From Tubiluchus corallicola (Eukaryota > Animalia > Priapulida), in assembly GCA_030141605.1 (NCBI GenBank), contig JAQGDQ010000266.1, forward strand, positions 186,001 through 250,000: a stretch of DNA of 64,000 nucleotides. The letters are read 5' to 3'. Numbering within the stretch: the stretch's first letter is position 1; every line of letters starts with the position of its first letter. A model generated the notes under the pieces. The model worked only from the letters and a program-made list of their open reading frames with translations. It made no database searches and was not told where the DNA came from. The translations under genes were made by a program, and so were the position numbers. This document shows positions 53,858 through 64,000 of this stretch, piece by piece.

Positions 53858-56800
53858 ATGAATATCTGTTACGCATGTCTGGCATTGTTGATGTGAGTAC
53901 TCTAGTAATATTACTTTAGTAGTAACCTTTTTTTTATTAATTCTACTTGCTACTAATTTTTCACTCCCACATGTTACTTTGGTGAATAAAATACCAATTT
54001 ATTTACGCATCTTATAAACGGGAGGTCTGTTAAACAAGTTCAGTGCTAAACGAAAGTTCAGTAGCTCGAGCAGGCAAAAAATCGAAGCACTTGCCATAGT
54101 TTGTCATTCTCATTGAAAAATGTTTTGCGAAAAAGTAAAAGCAACAAGGATACGACACAAAGTCTTTTGCCCTTACGGTCAAATACGTTCATTCACCAGC
54201 GTATAATTTGGGGGATTAGAGATTCCAGATACATTTTTAGGTCACTGCATGACAAATTGTGAACTGTGGCCTAACATAATTAATTAGGTAAATAAAAGTA
54301 ACTGGGTGAAGCTTTTATATTTGGTTTAACTTGACGGATGGTCTACACTCTACAGAGAACATCACAATCAAAGTGGTTTGACGTGGAAGCTTTTGTGCCA
54401 CCAAAATCTATTGTTGGTGAAAGTCCAGCCTGTCACATTTAAGACGTAAACCTTGCAGCGTAATAATGTTCACTGATCTCGGCATGTGTCTTGTCTTCCT
54501 CATCTTTCTTACTGAATTATTAAGCAAAGACATGACTTTTATTCAGACACAAGGACCCGCATTACGATTCGTTCTCTCAATTATGCATGTAGATGAGAAC
54601 AATCCACAGACAGTCAGAGAATGAATTGTTTTGTAGTAACTTTATTTTCTATCATTTATCTTGAATCACACGATCTGTTAGTTTACAATTTAGTATTTGT
54701 CTTGTTTGCTTCTCACAATTGTTGTTGATTGTTGTAATTTTTATATACGATATTTATACAATTATTTCTATAATTATTTAGATGGATAGTTGCGTGAACA
54801 TAACCATGACTGGTCGAAACGTTGCAGGTGTTTCTGCTGAGTGAAATATATGTTTGCTTAAAGGAAGACAGGATGATTTTTCATATACTACCCTATTTTT
54901 AAGTCCGATCAAAAGCATATATTTTAACACAAATGATACTGCAAATGCGTTTCTGATAATTAAATAATAGATTAAAAACTTAATTAACGGCTGACGAGCC
55001 CAACTACTGATGACATCACAAGCTCAGCACAATAAGCTGACATCAGCAGCAAAAACATTCCAACAGTGTGTTGCACGTGTTTGCGAAAGCGAAAATGGAA
55101 GTACAGTGCTACTGTAAGATTCAGGGTGTTGTACTAAAACTAGGCAAGTTTTAAGACAAAAAATCAAATTTAAATTTATGGCTGTGCTCACGCATGAGCT
55201 GTCAAGCGCGTGCAGTTTGACACAAACTAACATGTCTGAACTGAGAGGTACAGCACCTGTTTTTTGTGCAATGTGTTTCCGAAATGCTCGCGCTAGTGCC
55301 CGTCTAACTAGTGAATGGCGAAATGTATAAAACGGCGAAAAACTAGGAGGGCGAACATGAAATTGTGCTTGTGTGTTAATAATTTTTTCACGCAAGTCAT
55401 TTTAGAAAAATAATGTTTTATTTCCACATTTTAAAGAGTAGATTGTTTTGACCTAGAGTTTAAAATTGGGTCCGGTTTATTTTGAGTGAGTGCTGCTGTC
55501 ATTTTTATTTTAAGAATTCCTTTTCCCCATCGCTATTCAGTTTATAGAATTGTATTTTTCAATCTTTTTTCTAAGATGATTTTCTATCATCATCACCATC
55601 GTCTTAAATAGGTTGCCCTATTCTTGAATTTTAGAATGTGTTCTACTACTTTGTGACTTTTGAATATTGAAATTGCACCAGTCGTTGCAGTTACACTAGA
55701 TATTTGCCACGATTGCTAGCATTATTACTAGTGTTGTCATTTTAGCTTTCCAGTGACTCAATGTCAGAAATACACCGATTCCTATGATACCTACCGGTAC
55801 AGATACGTGGATAACATTTACGAACAGCGAATATCTCAGGTTCCGGAACTGAAGAAAATTCCGTACAGTGATGTTTCACCTAAGGAAAGACGGTTAAGTC
55901 AGAGTACTCGGAATGACAGATCCTATGGAGCACCAGCAACGTATAATCGAGCACCACCACCACTTATAAAACCTTTGGACTTAGTGACAAGTAAAGAATT
56001 TACAATTGTTTTATGGCAGAAAACACCTCACAGTTTTGAGCATTGAGAAGTAAGCCTATAACTCGAGTTTAATAGACTTTCTTCTGTGAGACTTTTTTCC
56101 GTTATTGGTGACATTTATAATGGCTTCCATGTGCGAAATAAATGTTTTTGTGTTATTCCTTGCTCTTGCTTCAGAAAGTTGTCATAAGGTAAAATATTGA
56201 TAAGACCCATTATTTCCGTGACCGGGTTATGCAGCTAGACTTACATAATGACCAGGGAGTATTCTTGACTTAGACTTGCACAATGACCAGGGAGTATTCT
56301 TGACTTAGATTTGCACAATGACCAGGGAGTATTTTTGACTTAGACTTACTCAATGACCAGGGAGTATTTTTGACTTAGACTTGCACAATGACCAGGGAGT
56401 ATTTTTGACTTAGACTTGCACAATGACCATTGAGTATTCTTGATTTAGACTTGCACAATGACCAGGGAGTATTCTTGACTTAGACTTACACAATGACCAG
56501 GGAGTATTCTTGATTTAGACTTCTTGGGAGTATTTTTGTAATGATTTATCGTAGTCTGGTACACATTAGACATTTGACAGTAAATTGGCAATTGTTGCTT
56601 ATGAATTGCAGTACAAATCAACACGCAATGCATCAAGCTTGCATAATTTATCCTCTATTGAGTTGTCACTTCGTGACGAAAATTATGTTTAGGCGAGTGA
56701 ACAGCCTAGTGGTTACGGCTGAAACTAAGCAATACTGAAGGTAGTGTACAAATGAGTAGGTGAACATGCTCCGCCATGGCGGGTTCATTGACAGCACGAT

Positions 56801-59137
56801 TCTGGTTTACCTAGTTGAGAAATGATCTATCTAAATCCGAACCGGAGTGAGACACCTCTGCTAATTTTATATCGTGCCTTAGGAGATTGCTTTTTTCATA
56901 GTGCTCTAAGCCTGTTCTACCAAACTCTACTATGTAGGTCGTCTTGCCGTAGAGTGCTCGTATGATTCCCAGCTTTCAGATTGTCGAACTATGGGAAGAA
57001 GAAAAGTTATAATTTCATAATATTAAAAATATTTGTACTTTAGGTGTAGAAACATTTTGTGAGGCTGCGTGCGGTTACATGGTTGTGAGATTAAGGTTTT
57101 CATTGCCGTTCCATGGCACAGTGAGTACAAAGTATGACCCGTATCAATCCACATACATCGATGAAGCGCACAGTGAAAGTAATTGCTTTCCAAGTGCTAA
57201 AGGAACCGGGCGACGATTTCTTTATTACGTAATGAAGTTTGACGATGATTGCATTACGGCGGTAAGTAAAAACTCTTTTGACAATGCGGGAAACCTCCAT
57301 AGTATCTAAAATGTAGCTCAATAGCTAACTGCTGTAGACTTACTGCAATGAGTTCTCACTGTCAGATAATCCTGGAAGAAAATCTAAATTTAACGTGCTG
57401 ATGAGGCATCAGACAGAGACGATGTTTACGATGATGATGACGACGACCATGATTTTGATGACAATGACGATGATGACTAAAAAGTTTTTTCAATCTTATT
57501 AACAATTGTTTTTTTATCTACAACAGTTAGGTGGTTCATTTCCTACTACGATAACAGTACAACAGCCATGGAACAAGGAGGCGGGATTCCATCCAAGTTA
57601 CTACGAGACGTTTTCTGTAACGTGTCCTATCTGTATTAAGGACAAAGAGAGTCACTGTAATCAATTTGATCATCTGCGTAAACGAGGCAATAGAAGGAGC
57701 GGTACATTTAGGTAAACTGTTCTAAGCTCAATAAATAATGTCATGTATGGTATTTATGAACAGTTTGAAAGTTACTATGAAACGTTTAAAAGTTACTATT
57801 ACAATAAAGAAGAGTGGTTTAACGCATTCGAAAAGTTTGTTATGGTTTATACTAAAAAACTGTGCAGATCAGCAGATTAATGCCTGTTTGGCAAGGCTGG
57901 CAGTACGGTATGAAAAAACTGTTAAAAGTGCGATAGGAAATTACGGTACGGTATGGTACGAAATTACGGTATTTTTTCGTACCTTTTCTGTACCATTTTT
58001 TACTCAGGTTCTTGTGAAGTTTTTATCGGTCAGCATATCAACAGTACGACTTGTTTTGCCTCTTGGGTGGGGACGTTTGTTCTCCCCTAATTAACACAGA
58101 GCGCACGCAAATAAAACGACTTGAATGGAGCGCTTTAGATGCAGAAGTGGCAAGTTGTTTAGAATGGCCGATTGTCATTTCCCATAAATTTTCCTTTAGT
58201 GTTGTATGTAAACAAACTGGGTCCTACGTCTGACACCTATTCATGTAACACCGCTGCTCTAACAGCTATTTCTGAGAATTGTATAGAATAACACCTTTTT
58301 TCCTGTGTCATTTTTACCTACACTTGTTCTTGTTTCAAGAGTGCAACGTCTGAGTTAAAAATTTACTTTGCCAATGAAAGAATTCGAGACGTACCGTTCT
58401 AACTCATTAACCTGCGTAGCTTGCGTGGTATAGTTACAAATGTTTTAAGCAAGACACCAAATTTGAATCATCATTAGAAATTTGTCACGTAATTTAAGGC
58501 ATTCATTAAAATCTAGTTAATGGCCGTAACTCATTGTGCCTACCACAAAATTATTTATCAAAAAAAGTAAATTAAAAGAATTACATCTCGTGTATAATTT
58601 TGCGTAAGTTTTGCCACCTAAAATAAATAGTGTGGAAGTTCAAACAGTAGTTTTGTTTTTATAGTGTGTATAAATTCATAACAATAATTGATAAACTTAT
58701 TGTTTTTACAATTAACTTTTATGCCACTCTTTGTCATTTTACCTACGTGAACTTGATACGAAATTTGGTACGGAATTACGGTTCGATATTTTATCGTGCT
58801 ATTACGGTACGATTCGATTTTGTAGGCACGGTACGGAATTTGGGTACGATATTTTTTAGAGGTATAAGTACGGTCTTTCTTTCGCACCGTCCCGTACAGC
58901 CAGCCTTGTTTGGCAGCTATGTTAAACTGCTAGCAATTTAAGTTTGTACTTTTAAGCAACGGCTAGTCGTACATGTAACAAGCGCTACTTACTGCGTATT
59001 TCTTTGAGCTAATTAAGCAAGTTAAACAGTTTCGGTGGCTTTGAAGAAATCAGTTAATTTTGTAGGTCGTCACATTTTTTCTTGGAAAATAGATCTTGAA
59101 TGCCTTGCCTTATACATTAGGCCTATGTATATGTATA

Positions 59138-59173
<36 letters not shown>

Positions 59174-62100
59174 GTACATACATATATTGCTATTTTAATA
59201 GAGTAACGTTATTATTCCTTATATATGTATATATTTAGATTAGTAACGTCAGTCTATTAAAATATCAATATATGTATGTATATTTGTATTATAGATTATT
59301 CACACAATATTTTCTAAATCAGTAATATTGAAAAATTTGTAAATGCAAATCAAACCCTACATTTTTTTGACTTTTACATCCCTTTATATTCAGTACTGTA
59401 TTCAACGACGATTAGCAGGTCTGTGTATTTTAATTTCAGTTCTAGTAAAATCTGCTGCTGGAAGAAAACTGTGCTTCATTTGAAAAACTCTTTTAACGTT
59501 GTTAATTCCTAATCTGTTATAATAATAAGAACGATGATAAAAATTACAGATATGTTCCCGAATGCTTGAATCATGTACTGCATCTGGAAAACGCTAATAA
59601 GCAGTTAGGTGAGTGAACTTGAACTTCTCGTTCAACAATTTATTGAGTTTTGTCGTTTGCGTGCCTTTCTTTACGCCTTTGTTTAGTTTTCTATTTAGAT
59701 TATCTTGGGGTGGTTTATGAACACTTAATTAATAATTACCAATTACCATGATTTGGTTTACATTGGACTATGATTTTGAACTGTATAGCATCTGTTTAGG
59801 CGTATCCTTCAGCTAAATACTGGCCAAATTCAATCTTTTCTTCTTCTCAAGCTTCCCGTTCTGTTAATATCCAGTGTAATATCTATAGAGTATTGGGTAG
59901 CTTACTAAACATGATTGTTGTTGGTACGCCTTGCTTTTCAGGTCCATTTGCAACGTAATAAGTAAGTCTCAGTTTGGAATTTGTAACAGTTTTCATTGTA
60001 TAAATGAAATCTTGCGGAACCTCGAATTTCAATAAGAAAAACGAGATATCGTCTCCTGAAACGTTTGTTTGTATGTTATGTGCTATGTACTTTGTATACG
60101 TTGTATGTTTTACGCAAAGTATGTTCCACAATTTTGTTTCAAATATGGTATAACAGAGCAATTTTAACTACCTTTTAACTTTGTTTCTATTAAAGTTTTC
60201 ATTGTATTATTTTTGTGCAATAGAATCTGTGGTAGAACAACCATGTTTCTTTCAAGAGCAATGTGCTTCGCCGTTTGCAACATGTCGTAAAGCTGGTATT
60301 CAGCAGTTTGAAGTTGGTTATTGTTGGTGTCCCCCTGGATTTCTACGGTACAACCATGGATGCAAACAAAGTACGTTCATTAAGATTTCAGTAATTAGTG
60401 TCATGTTTGTAGATGTAATTTGTGCCTTGTGATTCTGCGTGCAATAAGGTTCATTTCTGTGTCGTGAATGATGCCGTTTTATGACTTCACATGACATTAT
60501 GACAAGTACCAGCACTGCAGCAGTAACATTATGACAAGTACCAGCACTGCGGCAGTGACATTATGACAAGTACCAGCACTGCAGCAGTGACATTATGACA
60601 AGTACCAGCACTGCAGCAGTGACATTATGACAAGTACCAGCACTGCGGTAGTGACATTATGACAAGTACCAGCACTGCAGCAGTTACATTATGACAAGTA
60701 CCAGCACTGCGGCAGTGACATTATGACAAGTACCAGCACTGCAGCAGTGACATTATGACAAGTACCAGCACTGCAGCAGTGACATTATGACAAGTACCAG
60801 CACTGCAGCAGTGACATTATGACAAGTACCAGCACTGCAGCAGTGACATTATGACAAGTACCAGCACTGCAGCAGTGACATTATGACAAGTACCAGCACT
60901 GCGGCAGTGACATTATGACAAGTACCAGCACTGCGGCAGTGACATTATGACAAGTACCAGCACTGCAGCAGTTACATTATGACAAGTACCAGCACTGCAG
61001 CAGTGACATTATGACAAGTACCAGCACTGCGGCAGTGACATTATGACAAGTACCAGCACTGCAGCAGTGACATTATGACAAGTACCAGCACTGCAGCAGT
61101 GACATTACTGTTAAGCATCAATTAGGAAAACATTGTTATTATTATTAAGATTGTTCTTGTTCTTCTAAGTGCGAAAGATGCCAATTGTCAAAACTTCTTT
61201 TTTACCGTCTGTAGTCTGCTAATTATTACATTACGTTTACCTGTGTGTCATGAACGATGTATCAGTCATTACCTTCTGTGATACAATCACAGACGAAAAA
61301 GGAGGTGAAAAATTGGAGGCTCAGCAAAAAAACCAAGGGGTGTTACACTGTCTACTCATTGCATGTACACAATCATTCTGCCACACTTATAATTATCTAC
61401 CCAGAGAGTTTTAGAAGTAACTGGTGAATGAACTATGTAGTAACTGGAGAATGAACTATGTAGTAACTGGAGAATGAACTATGTAGTAACTGGAGAATGA
61501 ACTATGTAGTAACTGGAGAATGAACTATGTAGTAACTGGTGAATGAACTATGTAGTAATTGGAGAATGAACTATGTAGTAACTGGAGAATGAACTATGTA
61601 GTAACTGGAGAATGAGCTATGTAGTAACTGGAGAATGAACTATGTAGTAACTGGAGAATGAACTATGTAGTAACTGGAGAATGAACTATGTAGTAACTGG
61701 TGAATGAACTATGTAGTAATTGGTGAATGAACTATGTAGTAACTGGAGAATGAACTATGTAGTAACTGGAGAATGAACTATGTAGTAACTGGTGAATGAA
61801 CTATGTAGTAACTGGTGAATGAACTATGTAGTAACTGGAGAATGAACTATGTAGTAACTGGAGAATGAACTATGTAGTAACTGGTGAATGAACTATGTAG
61901 TAACTGGAGAATGAACTATGTAGTAACTGGAGAATGAGCTATGTAGTAACTGGTGAATGAACTATGTAGTAACTGGTGAATGAACTATGTAGTAACTGGT
62001 GAATGAACAATGGAGTGACTGGTGAATGAACTATGTAGTAACTGGTGAATGAACTATGTAGTAACTGGTGAATGAACTATGTAGTCACTGGTGAATGAAC

Positions 62101-62777
62101 AATGGAGTGACTGGTGAATGAACCATATAGTAATTGGTGAATGAACTATTTAGTGACTTGTAAATAAACAATGTAGTGACTTGTGAATAAACAATGTAGC
62201 TGTTTCATCTTTTGAAAGTTATTTTCTTTATTTAGTGACCTGTGATGATGATCCATGTGAGAACCATGGAGTATGTATTTATACATACAATCTGTCTTAT
62301 GGAAACGTATTCAAATGTCTTTGTCCTCTTGGATTTAGTGGCCGCTTCTGTGAGAATCAAAAAGGTGTTTTTTATTAATAACAAAATGTTGACGTGTCTT
62401 TCAATACAAAAAAAAAACAACAAAAATGACACTAAGTTGTAACTATAATTTTTCTTATTTTAAATTACGTCTAATGCAGTTTATTTTATTTAAGTTAAGA
62501 TGTGCCAGTAGGACTATTATTAAATTTAGAAGCATGACTTTAAACGCTCGTTTTAAGTAAGTGGTCGAGCATGTTATTACCCACAGTGACCTGTTGTACA
62601 TGAAACAAGTTTGGAGCGCTAGTGTCCACTGTCCATTTGTTGGTCAGTCTTGGTAAATTCTGTATACCAATGTGAGCCGTTAAACATGCTTTAAAATGAA
62701 AACCGTGACCTTCTTTGCTGTTTTTCAATTTTGACATTTTTTCCTGTTTTACAGATTCCGAGGATGAAATTATGTGA
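53858..62777 (+). CDS. Secreted ZP-N (cuticlin-like) + EB module + EGF protein (about 346 aa)
   Basis: Exons 53858-53892, 55746-55990, 57044-57261, 57527-57711, 59550-59608 (least certain), 60224-60370, 62236-62364 and 62755-62777 join in frame. Signal MNICYACLALLIFPVTQC; ZP-N VETFC..GYMVVRLRFSLPFHGTV..C..FDDDC..TITVQ..FSVTC; EB PCFFQEQC..CWCPPGF..C; EGF CDDDPCENHGVC..CLCPLGFSGRFCE; ends DSEDEIM*. Confidence 0.8.
56236..56522. repeat. 35-bp minisatellite (about 8 copies)
   Basis: Unit TAGACTTGCACAATGACCAGGGAGTATTCTTGACT. Confidence 0.93.
57894..58906. mobile_element. Non-autonomous TIR DNA transposon (about 1 kb) with a perfect target-site duplication
   Basis: TIR AGGCTGGCWGTACGG; TGTTTGGCA duplicated at 57885-57893 and 58907-58915; many subterminal TACGG motifs. 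Confidence 0.85.
60492..61107. repeat. 32-bp minisatellite (about 19 copies)
   Basis: Unit GACATTATGACAAGTACCAGCACTGCAGCAGT. Confidence 0.95.
61416..62200. repeat. 23-bp minisatellite (about 33 copies) ending about 35 bp before the EGF exon acceptor
   Basis: Unit GTAACTGGAGAATGAACTATGTA. Confidence 0.95.
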
Positions 62778-64000
62778 GACAAAATAGTATTCGATGGTGG
62801 TTTTGAGTGAGAGACAGAAAGAATTGCAATACAAAGCGTTCAGGGCACTCCACATATTCTTAATTTGACATCCTACAAATGAAATTGGTTTGAGAAAAAA
62901 GGACTAAGGAATAAATGTTTAAACCTACAGACTGCAGAACTACCCTCTTCTATTGGTGTTATAAGGTGGAGAGTAATTTGTTACGATACTAACAAAAGAA
63001 TGAATTATATGATTCTGTATTTGTATGTAATTATAACACTGAATACCAATATAAGTCTTTAGCTCAGCGGTAGAATGTGCTAAACTGCTAACTCTCAGTT
63101 ACTATCATTATTTTCTGCATTGTTACTTACATAATGTTACTTCGAAGCTGTTTTAAGCATTAAACATTCCGCTTGATTCAAATGTAGAATTGAACCTACA
63201 ACCTTCCTCAAATGTGCTGAGAAGAATAACAATATTGATAATTTATGGAAAAATACTCCATAGCCGTCAATTGCTGCTATACAATTATTAAGTTAATGAT
63301 GCCGAACAGTTAACCCGAGTTAGACCTTCCTAACAGCAGTAACTCTTGTGTCTCAATTAAATAGAGCAAATTTGTTTTAGTTATTTTACTGCATAAATTA
63401 TAATGTGCAAATGCATTGAAAAATGTTTTCACAAAACATCAATGTTTTTATCGCCTTTCTAAGATAAATTTTAATCGTCAGCTGATTTCTTAATAATGTT
63501 ATTATATTGTAAATAGTTGCACTAACACACTGATGATTGAAAAGTTATTTATTTAATTTATTTACTCAACATTCGTTATAATTATTTGATTTATAATTTT
63601 TATGCTGCCTTTGCATTCCTCCCGTAGGGTATGTTTTTAGTGTGTAAGTTTGATTATGCCTATTTGTTTAAATGCCTGTTAAAATACACTCTTTAGAATT
63701 AAATGGTTTAGTGTGTAATAGGTCTATTTCTAATAATAGTCGCTATACATTTATGAATTTAATTTCAATAGTATATATTGCAACACTGAATTTTTATAAA
63801 AAATATTGTCTTATATATATATATTTATAGGTAAATGCGGTAAACAATATATAAACTAAGTTACTGGTTTCAGTAGTTATGTAATTATGTAGTAATTTGA
63901 AAAGGTGTCTGTTAGACGTGATCATTGTTTCATGTTCAGTTATTTTTCATGACAATATGCTATAATCCCCTTTTGATGCTTTTACAATCATTTTAAGCTG

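Noticed and set aside
54790-54830. Penelope-type hammerhead remnant (ACCATGACTGGTCGAAACGTT)
   Set aside because: The CUGANGA core is missing; too degenerate to call.
56120-56188. Signal-peptide-like mini exon MASMCEINVFVLFLALASESCHK|GT
   Set aside because: Its phase-0 donor is incompatible with the phase-1 ZP-N exon, and a better in-phase first exon exists at 53858.
63055-63100. tRNA-like AGCTCAGCGGTAGA
   Set aside because: A-box only, with no T-arm/B-box or acceptor stem; at most a SINE relic.

Overview
AT-rich, intron-containing animal genomic DNA, probably invertebrate; the serine-protease homolog and the cuticlin-type ZP-N/EB gene hint at an arthropod, but this is not proven. There is an assembly gap at 2670-3632. 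Manual splice-phase reconstruction supports four protein-coding loci. (1) A minus-strand 8-exon type I membrane protein (signal-LRR-LRRCT-Ig-EGF-S/T stalk-TM-acidic tail, about 608 aa, 1424-22607). (2) A minus-strand non-catalytic trypsin-fold serine-protease homolog (triad Q-D-V, 30379-35784). (3) A single-exon 1026-aa C2H2 zinc-finger gene with about 23 fingers (44050-47130). (4) A plus-strand secreted ZP-N/EB/EGF protein (about 346 aa, 53858-62777). There is also a decayed LRR-Ig-TM paralog (about 25940-28600) and a frameshifted paralog fragment of the zinc-finger gene at the window start. Introns and intergenic DNA contain many unrelated minisatellites, including a 5.6-kb 48-bp (3x16) satellite carrying a palindromic CACGTG E-box in most units. 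LINE fragments (RTE, RTEX, CR1/L2-like), an LTR-like repeat in two inverted copies, three MITEs and a foldback-like element are also present. Most long ORFs in the supplied track are artefacts of tandem repeats. All gene models are hand-built from the sequence and have not been checked against transcripts or databases.
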